In this document: in pieces, positions 32,812 through 45,382 of the stretch
Numbering within the stretch: the first letter of the stretch is position 1
How the letters are laid out: each line of letters opens with the position of its first letter
NCBI GenBank assembly: GCA_949358305.1
Contig: OX442314.1
Span: 6,138,001 to 6,202,000 of the forward strand
Length of the DNA: 64,000 bases
From: Strigamia acuminata
Lineage: Eukaryota
Direction of reading: 5' to 3'
Made by a program: the position numbers and the translations under genes
Notes under the pieces: generated by a model
Database searches by the model: none
Seen by the model: the letters and a program-made list of their open reading frames with translations, nothing else
Told to the model about the DNA's origin: nothing

Positions 32812-35800
32812 TAGTATATACTTTACTAATTGATTCTCATGTAGAAGGTGGTCGGAAATAACGGACAGTCTTGGTAAGGTTAAACTAACAAGTGATTTAT
32901 TTAATATGCAAAATACATAGGTGGCGCTGGGGGTACAGCGCCCAAAGCGAACATGGCGGTCACTACACAAAACATGCAGTGAAGCCGAACACAGCATCAT
33001 TCCCCATTAATGGAACATTAATCAACTTACAGAAAACAAACAAATGCATTAAGACTTGACAATGAACCAAATTAATTAATGATAAACAATTACACTTAAT
33101 TTCTTGGGTCGTGTCCGTAGAATTGTGTCGGGTTGCGCGTGCGCTGAGGGTGGCGATACGGAGTAACAGGAGTACGGACAGGAACAGGAGGAGGTGAAGG
33201 AGCTGGACTCACGTCCCGAACATTCGGTGGGTTGGGTGAATTGGGAGGAGCATCAGGCACTTGCGGTTGAGTAACAGGCGGTGTGTTTTGGGGATCTAAA
33301 TCCACATCGAGAAGCGTAAAATGCTTACGATTTCTCCCCCCCTCCGAAGGTTGAGTGCACAAGGTCTGGCGCTTTCTGAGTTGATCCACGTGTCTATTCC
33401 ACATCACGGCGTTTCCGACGGTGACATCGTAAGTGGTAGACGAAGTTTTGGATGAAATTACGCCAGGAACCCATCTTGAGGCGTGCACGACCAAACGCTC
33501 CGACAAGAACAAGAATGGTCCATGTGTGGAAAAGGCGGACCTGTGCTTATAAAAATTTATTAAGTCAGGTGTCTTTGATTTCCATCCGTCTCGAATGCAC
33601 TGCAGGACTGCTAGCAATTGGGCGTCTGCGTCGTAGGCTGCACGCAAGGCTGACTGAGATACAGGAAACTGTGAAATGGAAACAGAAAATATCTCGTTAA
33701 CATGCATATCGAGGTCTTCTCGACCATCGACTACGGGTTGAGGATTGCGGGACAGTCCATCTGCAATTTGATTGTCGACAGCAGGCACATGCTCTATTGC
33801 GTAATCGTAGGCGCTTAGGAATATTGCCCACCGGTGCAACCGAGCTGCAACAATCTGGTTGCATCCTTTCTTTTCACCGAAAATAGCCACGAGCGGCTTA
33901 TGGTCAGTCCGCAAAATAAACTTCCTGCCAAATAGGTGATGATGAAATCTGCAGACGCCATAAACGATCGCTAAACCTTCGCGGTCTATCTGCGCATAAT
34001 TTTTCTGTGCGCTGGACAATAGGGAACTGGCGAAGGCGATTGGGCGATCGATTCCTCCTTCCAAGTGGGAAATGAAGGCGCCCACGCCGACCGGCGAGAC
34101 ATCAACGGTTAAATAAAGTTGTTTCTTAGCGTCGTAGTGTGCCAGCGCTGAATCGACAGTCACTGCAGCCTTGACCTTTGTCCAGGCCTTGTGCTGTTCC
34201 GGTCCCCACGTCCGCGGAGTGTCATCGCGTGTCAAGCGGTAAAGCGGTTCTAATAAAGTGGATAAGTTATGAATAAATTTGCCGTAATAGTTTATGAGCC
34301 CCAGAAACGACTTCAATGATAACACGTCGTTGGGCTGCATGGCGTTGCGGAGTGGAGCCAATTTTGAGTCTACTGGCGTGATTCCTTGCTTGGAAATGTT
34401 CAGCCCTAGAAACTGCTCACACGCACGCAAAAACTTGCACTTTTTCCTATTTAATGTTAAATTGGCCTTATTAAATGCACCCAGGAGCTGGTCCAAGTTG
34501 CATAAGTGGGCTGCATTTGTGACACCGGTCACAGCCGAGTCATCAATGAACGGCTGCGTACTCTCGACTTTGGCGGTCAGTTTATCCATCTCTCGTTGGA
34601 AAATTGCTGGAGCACTTGAAATTCCATAAAAAAGACGGTTTACTGTAAAAAGTCCCAAGTGGGTGTTAATTGTGCACACAGCTTGTCTCTCCGCATCCAA
34701 CTCGAGCTGGTTGTAGGCGTGATTCATATCTAATGTAGAATATGTCTCACCACCCGACAACTTCGCAGCGACGTCTTCAAACAGAGGCAAGGGATAAGAG
34801 TTGGGGAGAACTGCTTTATTAATAGTTCTATTATAGCATCCCGCTATCTTTAGTGTGCCGTCTGATTTAAAGACATGCATAATGGGTGTCGCCCATTTAG
34901 AAGAAGCGACAGGAGTTATGATACCTAAATCCTGAAGTCTGCGCAGCTCTTCCTCCAGTCGTGGCTTCATCGCGAGCGGAACTGGATAATTCTTCAAAAA
35001 TATCGGTTGAAATGTCGGATCGATGTCGATGTGAACTTTGTGGACGTTGTAGCAACCGATTTCGTCTCGGAACACGTTTGCATGGCGTGCCAAAATCGTG
35101 TCCAAACCGTCGGACGATGTCTTATCGAGCTTCTCGGGCGATGGCGTCGATGTGGACAACGAAAATACTTCCGCGCCCACCAAATCGCCAGTTGCTGACA
35201 GCAAACCAAATGCTTCAAGCCAGTCGCGGCCAAGAAGTGGAATGGGACTGTGAGTTGCCACACACAGCGGTAGCCGGAACTCGCGATCACGGTGGCGGAC
35301 GGGAACTTCGCACACCCTTTCCATTCGGAGTGTCGTGCCGCCATACGTATTCATCTGGATCGGAAGGGGCTGCAACGGAAAATTGGAAAAATATTTAGTG
35401 TATGTTTCAAGATTCACAAAAGTAGCGCCTGCTCCCGTGTCCATTTCCATCAAGAGCTTAACATGAGCAACTTGAATGGCCATAATAATAGGTTGTGTGG
35501 CTTTAATGCCAATTGCGTTGACGGTCGTCGTCAGGTCCGGCTCGACAGCGTAGTACATAAGCTGCTGGGGCATCTCGATCGTGTGAACTCGAGCCTGCGA
35601 CTTCACGACTGCTCTGCAAACTGGTTTGATGTGGCCAGTTTTTCCGCAACCGTGGCACGTGGCGTCGCGAAAGCGGCACGCTTCACGCGTGTGCGACGTT
35701 TTGCCGCAAGAAGAGCACGCCGTCGCATTTCCTTTCGAGTTAGATGGATGGCGGACTGCTGGAAACGAGGTAGTGCCCCTCGAGGAGCGTTTGCTACCTT

Positions 35801-36771
35801 TCCTCGCATCATAACGTGGTTTGGAGTCGTTCTGAACTTTGTGCACAGGCGTAGCCGATGCATTTTGCGACGCGATCGTCGAAAATTCTTTCTGCGAAAC
35901 TTCTGCAGCTGCAGCGAACTCGACCGCATCATCAAACGTCAAATTCTTTTTCAAAGTGAGCGCTTGCTGCACTTGCTCGTTCTGGAGGCCACAAAGGAAA
36001 CGATTCCTTAATTCATTGGTTTTGTCAGTGAACTCACAATTTTGGGCCAAATCTTGCAGGGCGAGAGAATATTCCATAACCGTTTCATTCGGCAATCGAT
36101 CACGGCGGTGAAAACGGCGGATTTCTCCCAACACGAGCGGCTTCGGGCGGGCATTCTTTTGCATTAATGCCACCAATTCCGCATATTTCAAGTCTGACGG
36201 ATCTTTCGGCGCTGCGAGCGTGTCCAGCTGCTTGAAGGTGGGCATGCCGACGTACGCCAGCAGCGTGTGTACCTTCTCCTTGTCGTCTTCGATTTTATTG
36301 CAAGCAAAAATGCTCGTCATTCGCTTGCAATATAGGCCCCAATCTTCCGTTAAATCGTATTCCCGCGGTGTCCCTTTTAAAGCTGACATTTTGATGGCAA
36401 AAGTCGGCGATCGAGTACGAAAACGCGAGGAAAATTTGACAAAGAAACGATAGGCCTAACGTCGGGACAGCGTGGTCAGCAACGAGCCGAAGGAGTGGTC
36501 AAAAAGTTCGAAAAACACATAAAAACTTGCTTCACTACTGGATTCATTAGTTGAACGTGGATTTCGGATCCTATCTCGTCGCCATTTAGTATACACTTTA
36601 CTAATTGATTCTCATGTAGAAGGTGGTCGGAAATAACGGTCAGTCTTGGTAAGGTTAAACTAACAAGTGATTTATTTAATATGCAAAATACATAGGTGGC
36701 GCTGGGGGTACAGCGCCCAAAGCGAACATGGCGGTCACTACACAAAACATGCAGTGAAGCCGAACACAGCA
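32812..36771 (-). mobile_element. Ty3/gypsy (Mag-like) LTR retrotransposon, recent, integrase core deleted
   Basis: 185-bp LTRs at 32812-32996 and 36587-36771 (two mismatches seen); 5-bp TSD GAAAC; PBS TGGCGACGAG after the 5' LTR; PPT GGGGAATGA before the 3' LTR. Confidence 0.95.
33096..36389 (-). CDS. Gag-protease-RT-RNaseH polyprotein lacking integrase HHCC/DDE
   Basis: Two CCHC knuckles, MDTGA protease, LDMNHAY/FIDD RT, DVSPVGVGA..NYAQIDRE..TDHKPL..ADGLSR RNaseH; ERLVV runs almost directly into the RWVPG...RHVDQLR integrase tail. Confidence 0.92.
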   Translation of the reverse strand: MSALKGTPREYDLTEDWGLYCKRMTSIFACNKIEDDKEKVHTLLAYVGMPTFKQLDTLAAPKDPSDLKYAELVALMQKNARPKPLVLGEIRRFHRRDRLPNETVMEYSLALQDLAQNCEFTDKTNELRNRFLCGLQNEQVQQALTLKKNLTFDDAVEFAAAAEVSQKEFSTIASQNASATPVHKVQNDSKPRYDARKGSKRSSRGTTSFPAVRHPSNSKGNATACSSCGKTSHTREACRFRDATCHGCGKTGHIKPVCRAVVKSQARVHTIEMPQQLMYYAVEPDLTTTVNAIGIKATQPIIMAIQVAHVKLLMEMDTGAGATFVNLETYTKYFSNFPLQPLPIQMNTYGGTTLRMERVCEVPVRHRDREFRLPLCVATHSPIPLLGRDWLEAFGLLSATGDLVGAEVFSLSTSTPSPEKLDKTSSDGLDTILARHANVFRDEIGCYNVHKVHIDIDPTFQPIFLKNYPVPLAMKPRLEEELRRLQDLGIITPVASSKWATPIMHVFKSDGTLKIAGCYNRTINKAVLPNSYPLPLFEDVAAKLSGGETYSTLDMNHAYNQLELDAERQAVCTINTHLGLFTVNRLFYGISSAPAIFQREMDKLTAKVESTQPFIDDSAVTGVTNAAHLCNLDQLLGAFNKANLTLNRKKCKFLRACEQFLGLNISKQGITPVDSKLAPLRNAMQPNDVLSLKSFLGLINYYGKFIHNLSTLLEPLYRLTRDDTPRTWGPEQHKAWTKVKAAVTVDSALAHYDAKKQLYLTVDVSPVGVGAFISHLEGGIDRPIAFASSLLSSAQKNYAQIDREGLAIVYGVCRFHHHLFGRKFILRTDHKPLVAIFGEKKGCNQIVAARLHRWAIFLSAYDYAIEHVPAVDNQIADGLSRNPQPVVDGREDLDMHVNEIFSVSISQFPVSQSALRAAYDADAQLLAVLQCIRDGWKSKTPDLINFYKHRSAFSTHGPFLFLSERLVVHASRWVPGVISSKTSSTTYDVTVGNAVMWNRHVDQLRKRQTLCTQPSEGGRNRKHFTLLDVDLDPQNTPPVTQPQVPDAPPNSPNPPNVRDVSPAPSPPPVPVRTPVTPYRHPQRTRNPTQFYGHDPRN

Positions 36772-37588
36772 GAAACACGACGAGGAAGCCTAAATCTGAC
36801 TTTCGAACCAACAACGGTAAGCGATTTCTTGGCTTAGAATGAACTTATTGATGTTTATAATGCTATAAATTAATTTTTATTTTGCATTATGAAAGTACAA
36901 TGCACTTTAGAATTTTATTCTAACAACAAACAATTGCTCAGTAATTGCAATGGATCAAACACCAATTTCACTGTCTGTGCATTCAAAACAATGTAAGCCG
37001 TCTGTTACAAAACACGTGGGTTTAATCCACTTACAAAAACCATTTATAAACTACTTAGGGAGCTGGATGGGGTGCGCACACAAAATCGCACTGGGCGCTG
37101 ATAGATGTGGAACCAGGCCTGAATTTTACAATAATGATTCTTGCTCGTGCATGTCAAACTAACAATGCGTGTTCATTAAAAATTATGACAAAAAAATTTG
37201 AAAGCAAAAATAGATGAAAATAAATGTGGATTAATGGGCTTGGATATAAATTTATAGGTTTTATTTTATTTTTCTATTATGCGAGTACATTATAAACTGT
37301 TGGGAGATACACCAGTAGGTTACATCATTTAATAATATTTAATAAACTTCGCTAAGAAAATTGGTTGCCACATTTGAAAAATGTGGTTGGAATTGCAATT
37401 AACAAGCTTTTATTGCTTACATTTTGTGCGCATGCCTACTGCGACTAAAAATTGGACCGAGGCAAATAGTTGAAACAAATATCTTTAATAAAATCCTGTT
37501 TCATCTAAATTGCTTTTGAATGCATTTCGGTTTTTTTTTTACAATACTGATTTTTGTTCGTGCATGTCAAACTAACAATTTGTGTCGA

Positions 37589-37963
37589 TTAAGTACAATG
37601 TTTTTGTGCCATTGAGTGCAAATTGATTTCGTGATTTTTGTACCAATTATAAGCGTTTAAAATCCAATCGTAGAGTGACAGCAATGACATTCCCAAACCT
37701 AATCCTACAATGCTGCCCACATCGCTTCTCCTCTGTAGTCTCTGTAAAACTACCAAAGGTAAAAGTTATGATTGTTGTATGTCACTTATCAAATTTATTC
37801 CCACGAATACTGCTTCGGTAATAAATACTTCGCAAGGTTGTTTACATTTGCATCGTTTTTGATTCGCGTTATAATTATTTAAGTAGGTTAAATGACCGGT
37901 AGCTTCGTCTGTTGCATTGTTGCAGGCTGACAAATTAGGTTTTGCAGTATATGATTGGTAATC
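37589..37963 (-). pseudogene. Orphan, frameshifted terminal exon of a DEG/ENaC paralog
   Basis: Acceptor TTTGTTTCAG, then CKCKQPC in one frame and SDVGSIVGLGLGMSLLSLYDWIL in another, with a deletion between; no upstream exons of its own. Confidence 0.75.
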
Positions 37964-38468
37964 TGAAACAAACAGTAGTTCGGTTATGGAATTTTTACTT
38001 TTAATTTGATTAAATCTGTGGTAGAATGAACCTAAAAATGTTTTTGAATTATTCTTTATTTTTCCTTCTAAAAGATGCAGTGTACATTCGAATACAGTCA
38101 AAATAACAATTTTTGCTCAATAATTTGAAACGAGTTACATCAATAGGTAAAAGTACAAACTTGAACATTTAATAAACCGAGTCCAACTTCTGCTCATCTG
38201 CATAGAGCAAAACCACACTCGGCTATGGGGTGCATTAATACGCCATAAGTTATACCCAATTAAATATAAAATTGAGAACAGAAATGGTTTTAGTTTATTT
38301 TTTGTGTATTCAAACAAATATAAGACGATGTATAAAGTTTGTAGGGAGTTTGAAGGGCACAAAAAATTGCACTGGGCGCTGATAGACCTGGAGACAGACT
38401 CTGACTTTGACAATAATGATTTTTGCTGGTGCATGTTGAACTAACAATTCGTGATGATTAAATATACA

Positions 38469-38972
38469 TGCGTTCAATCTGGATTAGAAGAGGTGACTTT
38501 CACTTTCCTTCCTTTCCTCAAAGTCACTTTTCATTGAATGCACTTACTTACCACCATTTACCGTCTGCCACACGTGAATTTACCGTGTGCCACACGTGAA
38601 TCTACCGTGTGCCACACGTAAATTTACCGTGTGCCACACGTGTGAATTTACCGTGTGCCAAACGTGAATTTACCGTGTGCCAAACGTGAATTTACCGTGT
38701 GCCACACGTGAATTTACCGTGTGCCACACGTGTGAATTTATCGTGTTCATCGAGAACAAAATGGCTGCCACTGTAGCTGTGTTAAATGTGCAATCCGCAT
38801 GCGCACGCACATAAGTGACTTTTAAAAGGTGGAAAAAGAACTTTCCAGTTACTTTCCTTAAAGTCACTTAGGTGACTTTACTTAGTCAAAATGTGACGTA
38901 ATTATCGTCACTTCCGCCCTCTGAAAGGCAGTTAAATCAGTTAAGCGACTTTCTACTAGCAGATTGAACGCA
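38469..38972. mobile_element. MITE with TGCGTTCAATCTG TIRs containing a 22-bp minisatellite
   Basis: TIRs at both ends; internal (TTTACCGTGTGCCACACGTGAA)n at ~38557-38740; absent at the paralogous site ~22525. Confidence 0.75.
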
Positions 38973-38974
38973 CC

Positions 38975-39255
38975 TATTCATTTTTTAATCTGTGACAAAA
39001 GAAATTTTAAATATTCTTATGTGCTTAGTTAATACTGTATTAGTTACATTCATTTTTTAATCTGTGACAAAAGAAAATTTTAAATATTCTTATGTGCTTA
39101 CCGTAGCTAATATAAGTTACATTTATTTTTTAATCTGTGACAAAAGAAATTTTAAATATTCTTATGTGCTTAGCTAATATTAGTTACATTTACTTTTTAA
39201 TCTGTGACAAAAGAAATTTTAAATGTTCTTACAAGTGCTTAGCTAATATTAGTAA
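38975..39255. repeat. ~65-70 bp tandem repeat (about four units) downstream of gene B
   Basis: TTTTTAATCTGTGACAAAAGAAATTTTAAATATTCTTATGTGCTTA repeated; single copy at the paralogous site in gene A. Confidence 0.85.
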
Positions 39256-39272
39256 TACTTTATTTAAACCCA

Positions 39273-42200
39273 TTAGAGTGTAAATCTACAACCCAAATCT
39301 TGATTCCGATACCAATTATAAGTTTTTAAAATCCAATCGTACAAAGAGAGTAGGGACAGTCCCAAACCAAGTGATAGAATACTACCGAAATCGCTTAAGA
39401 ATTGAGATATTGGATATGCTTGTTTCTCTTCTACAATCTCTACAGAGCTATCAGCAAATTGGAATGTTAGAAAAGTGGATTGATGTACTAGATAATTACT
39501 CTCCCGAAAAGTACTTTTGTAAAAAATATGTTTGCAAGGTTGTTTACATTCGCATTGTTTTTGATTCGAGTCAAGATTGCTTAAATACGTGAAATGAGCG
39601 GTAGTTACGGCACTTGTAGTGTTACAAACGGGCAAATTAGGTTTTCCCATGTATGGTAATCTGAAACAAAGAGGAGATTAGTCAAAGATGCAAATGAATG
39701 CAGTTTATCTGCTGAAAGGGGTTATGTGTTTTTCGAACAGATTCAATCTGGTGTTTTTCAAATGAATCTTTAATCGCTATCATGTCAAAACATGCTTGCG
39801 AGTTTGTGTGTGGTTAATGCTAGTGCAATGACCCATTGCCAACTGATAACTGACCGCAGATTAGTTTATCAGTCGATGTTTAGAACAGCGAAAATGAAAA
39901 TAGATGTGATAAAATTTCGGCTGATGTATGAAAAGAAATGTGAACTATACCTGCACTTAACACCTCGAAATACATTGTTATACCGGCAAGCACTTTTACA
40001 CTTGAGATAAGCACTTTTGTCCGCTTCACATGGATCGCGCTTTGTATTTCTTCGTACGATCTATTTCGTAAAAGGAATCTTAGTGTGAGCATTTATATAA
40101 TTTATTTCATTTTTTACCAGAACGTCTCGAAGTACTACGAGTACTTGGATTCCAGGCGCATTGTTTACAATAAATGGTGTCAAAATGTTAACTCCCTCTT
40201 CCCGATTATTTATGAATAGCTGCGTGTTATTATAATCCAAAATATTTAAATTAACGATTAATACGGTTTCTGCACAAAAAATATTTTTTCTCTTTTTCTA
40301 TTCACAATTAGGAATAAATGTGTATCCGAACAAAACACAAACAATTTTTATAACTTTTTTCAGCTTTGGAGTAACCTAAAAACTTTATTTGCTAATTTGT
40401 GCTTGAATAAATAGACTTTCTCTTTATCTTACTGTATTTAAGAATGCTACAGAGACTGTCCATTTAATACATTCCATTTTGTTTGAAAAATTTCGGGTGA
40501 TGTCGAGTGAAAATGTTTTTTTACACACCTTTAGCTGCGGATCACAAGCTTCTGAAGGAGTTAGATGTCTTTTACACTCAATGTCAAGCCTAGTGGTTTT
40601 TGTGCTTGTTTTATCTGTAAAATAGGGTTAAGGTCAGAATTAATTTTCCAACTCTTCTGCAGGAAAGCAATTTTTACAGTTCAATTATTTTGGAAAAAAA
40701 ATAGAAACATTGAAAAATTTCAGAATTCAAAAGTAGACTTTGAATACAGAGTACAACCATTACCATTAATTAACTAAAATCAGAAATTAATTTTGTAAAT
40801 TACCATTCCTTATTTGTGAACAATTACCAAATGGAAGTGAAATAAAATTAATTGATGGTTTCTGTAAATAAAAAACTTTTATTATTTGGTTTTTGTATGA
40901 GGAATATGACTTATTATATTACATCATTCTGATTAGAGCTAATATACGTTAGGTCGATACTAAGCGATTTCCAGATATTTTTCAATGACAATTTGCTGTT
41001 GAACAATTGCCAGGGTGACATGTTGCCACAAGTTTTATTGGGTTGTTTCAGTAAGTCTAATCGGGCTTTGCGCATTTTTTCATCCCATTTTTCATCACAA
41101 ACTGTGAGAGAAGGATAGTCGGAGTAGCGTCGTTGACTTATTCGAATGATTGTTATGCCCGGTTCATCGAGGTAGTAATTGAAACGAATGTGCAGGCAAT
41201 ACAAAGTAAATCCTGCAACAAATAATACGAATATTAGCTTAAACTTTTCTAAGACTGTATGTATTTTGGTTTGCTCTTCAGTCTCATCGACTTTTTTTTT
41301 GCTCATTTCATACAGACGCCTAATCTTATTGACGGATCTTTTTCGGCGAATGTTTGATGCAACATAATATAAATACCAAATGATGTCAGGTAATGATATT
41401 ACGGATAGTCCAATAAACAAGCCCAGATTGCCTCCTAAATCTGATAGTAAGGCAATAACGTCATATAAGTACCGTTCTTCATAAACAGTTATTATCTCAT
41501 CAGTTATTGCTAATGTTAAACTCATCGTTTTATTATTTTTAGCTATGCCTAAATCAGTATGTGGTGTAAAAGTTATATGGTGACAAGAAGGTTGACAACC
41601 ACAATCAGCAATTGGTTCTTTAAATTTAACCGAGGACCAAACTTGAGAATACGTTTGATGTGCATCATTTCCGAACTTGCAAAGTGGCAAATCTAACTTC
41701 ATGGACGGAAATCTTGTATACAAAAAATTTCATCAGCTGTTTAATTGTGATACCAAACATGAAGCATTTTCACCACATGTTCTTACCTGCATTTTAGCTT
41801 TTTAAATTCGTTATGTAAGCAATTCCGATAGCATTCTCTGTATTCATCTTCGTTAGAGCATGAACTGATCGGTGACTTTTGCAATATGAACTACAAGTAC
41901 AATTGAAAACATTAAAAAGTGTTGCCCAGAAATTTCAAGTCCTTAGGTAAAAATTTACTTTGTTACAACTAAAATTTATTTCAATTGTAGAACCAGGATA
42001 CATCACTGATACAAAATAGTGATTTCCAACATTTTTGAATATCAGGTAAACCTAAGGGCAAAGAGGAAAAAATTAATGCAGCAATTGCTATTTTAATTTA
42101 ATCAAGTTACCCCATAATGAGGTTTATTGCACATCGAGTCGTAATTTTTTTTAAAATTCACTGTCAGTAACTTTCCGACAAATGATTTGCTAGAAGCTTC

Positions 42201-42908
42201 AGCTATGTCAATGAATAATGTTAGTATAACAATGGAGGTAGTGAAAAATGCTTGTTTGTAGTTACCAAATCGAAATGTTGTGAATATTCCGAATGCACTG
42301 TCAGTTTCCGTCTGAACAACAGAAGTATTTGAATATCCCTATGGAAATGTAGTTTAAATGGTAATTTTTAACTGAATTTCTCGATTGTTTTTTTTTATTT
42401 TAATTTTTACTTTCATTTTTACACTGTCGATGTCATCAGTATTGTTAGTTGCTTTCAAAAGTGTATCCATATCGTAAGTTGGGTTTTTAATTTGCAATAG
42501 TTCATAAAGCATGCTAGCGCATAGAATGGATTCTGATGTTTGTTTATTTGCTGTAGGAGTTTCTTCCCAAAGCCTATTCGTTTTCTTTGTGTCTGTACTA
42601 GAGACCATTAAGTCTGGTAAAGTAACATTTTCTGATCTACTCGTTACGTCGACAGCTGTAGGATAACTGAAGTAATGCATTATTCTGTCGTATGTCTGAT
42701 ATGTGAGCATGCACATGCAAAATGTGAATAAAAGCAGCCAAAGGATGTGATGTTTGCTCCTCCATCGTTTCCTACTGTTTACGAAATCTTCCAATCCGAT
42801 TATATCGCAGTTGGGTTTGTTGGCATCATCCTTCATTAGTTGGTGAATTGTCAGACGGAGTTGTCTTTTCCTTCTTCTGTATCTCCAGATCAAACTATTA
42901 TTGTCCAT
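39273..42908 (-). CDS. Tandem double-subunit DEG/ENaC gene B (close paralog of A)
   Basis: Same exon order as A; ORFs 42354-43010 (TM1), 40914-41723 (TM2-linker-TM1'), 39273-39650 (TM2'); introns also alignable with A. Confidence 0.85.
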
Positions 42909-45382
42909 TATTTTGGTACCTTCCAAGCTCGTAGAGTGACTGAATGAGTTTGATCTAACTGTTTGTTCTCTTGAGCAAACATGCAGAGGGACGGCTAAAC
43001 TGAAAAACAAAACACCATCATTATTTTTTTAACATTGGTTGTTTCATACGCCAGTAAAATCCATTAATCAACCTATAAGCATGTCTTTGGAAGGAATATG
43101 GATTATTCACTACCAAAGGCCAAATAATAGTATCGCCTTAAATATAGAAGAGAGGAATAGCCAAACGTCCTAAGCTTTGCTCTTTTTCTAGTTCATGACA
43201 TGGGTCTCCAAAATTCTGCTAATTTACAAATATGTCAACAAATTCAACTAACGTCTACATATATTGAAATACACAGAGTTCAATCTTCCATTTTAAATTT
43301 ACAGTTTGAACAAAAAGTGTTTCTCAATGGCTAATCGTTCAAGACACTATTTCATTCTGGTTACGGACATGTTGTTAGTGTTTGTGTGGCGAAAGAGTGT
43401 AACCGAGGCGCTGTAGTCAACTCGGCGCTAAATTTAATAATGATATGTGTGAAGTAGTGAACACTGCGACAATGCTTCACAATCCTACAAACCACTCAAT
43501 TGGCAACGAATGAAAAACAGCAGATCACTTGAATTTCTATTTTCTATCACAGCCAACTCCACTATTAAGGCGTACCGTATCGGGCAGGTGTACACGAACC
43601 TTACATGCACCGCAAAATTATTTGGTCTGGCCCTGCCAAGGCACTCGCAGGCGGAACTCGGAATTCGACACTGACCGACCCAAACCTAAAAAAGCAATTA
43701 CAAGTATCAACATCATCAACACCAGCTAACATCACATGTCTCAACAAACAAAAGCAGTTCCAGCCATCGATTATGGGTGAGTTAATTAAATGTTTGACCA
43801 AATATAAGCGGCTAATTTTTAAGTTGAAAATTTTGAATGGCTTGCGAATGATGTTGTAAATATCCAAATGGCCCTTGGCAGAAGAAAGATTCCCCATCTT
43901 TGGTAAAAGGAGAAGAATAGTTTAGCTTTGGATTAGATTGATAGTTGACACTAATCAGATGTCATAACCTGAATGCTTTAGGGCCCAACAAAGACAACAA
44001 AAGCGCCTTCGACGTGCGTTAAAACTTGCGTCATGCACAAGTTGTGGTGATGTGAAATATTAAACTTAACTTTCTCCTAAATTCAATGAAAATCTAATTG
44101 TTCAATTTCAAATTTCATTTAACTGTGAGACCAGAAAATCGATCAATCAGTAATTACAACTACTGTAGTTTTTCAACATAAATACGATAAATACGACTTA
44201 CGAAAAGTGAAAAGCTAAACATGTACAGTGCAAATCATCCCTCAAGAAGATTGGCAAATTAAAAAAGGTACTCACACTTGATTGCCTGTTCAGTTGCAAA
44301 AATCCACTCTTTTAGTAATTTCATATGAACACCTGGTTTCTTCTGTGAATTTTGTCCTTATGGTCTTGTAGAAAATGCGTGGGGTTGCATTACGGCTGGC
44401 TTCTCTGCTTGGCACCCATTCGATGTGATTGCGACATTGGTCGAAAGATCTCGGATTTTGGGCTGATGACTTGAGCTTGGAATAAGACTGCAGTCTATCA
44501 AATTGTAAACTTGTTTGCTCCTAACACCATACAGTTTTGTGTGCTACTATAGCTTGGCTCGGCCGACTTTGCTTCCTTTGCAATGAAAGTTTAAACAAGT
44601 TGGTGAATTTTACGATGTTTTTTTATTTGTACTTAGAAAGGACATTAATCATTCATGAATTATATTTCCGGTGTTTCAATAATCAATATGGTACTTTCGA
44701 GTTTTTAAGACATGATATTTTATTTCTTGCACAGGAAACATTAATAATATTTTGCAAGGATATACGATTACATCTTCCATGCAATTGACACAAATGCCAG
44801 GAGCAAGTGAGCAATATTTGTTCTATGCACATTAAAGGAGTTGTAACATGAAAAATACGACAGGATTTAAAATAATGTATTTTTATTCGTAGTTATCAAA
44901 TTTTCAGTCAAAAATTTGATAACTGTGAAAATTTTGTCAATATTAAGAAATGCTGCGATCCGTGTTTAATATCACAGTTGATTGCTGTTTGTAAAACTTA
45001 TATCGATAATTACGGTTTAAATGGTTGTCTAGGGGTTGAAATCGAATAAATACACAGGAAAGTTTTAATAAAAATAACACAAATGATTTATTAATGATAA
45101 ATTACAAATGATAAAAATAAACACAAAGCTAATAATGAGGGCAATTTAACAATGGAAAATGTGACGCTGGTACTGTATGCTGATGCAGATGGAAATTAAT
45201 TAATACATTGGGAAGTATAAAAGATGCTGAATGACAAAGAAATGAAAAATGATCTGAATTGTTGCTAAGTTTTGTTTTATTTTGACATTACAATTTGAAA
45301 TTGTTTGAAATGTATGCCAGATTGTGCTGAAATCGATTAAATTTATTGCCATAGGTGCACACAGTGGTTTTAAACAATTCTT

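Noticed and set aside
33452..36453. Several plus-strand ORFs up to 239 aa
   Set aside because: Antisense to the gypsy polyprotein, with no recognisable motifs.
38557..38740. Regular 22-bp repeats
   Set aside because: Head-to-tail minisatellite inside a MITE, no spacers.
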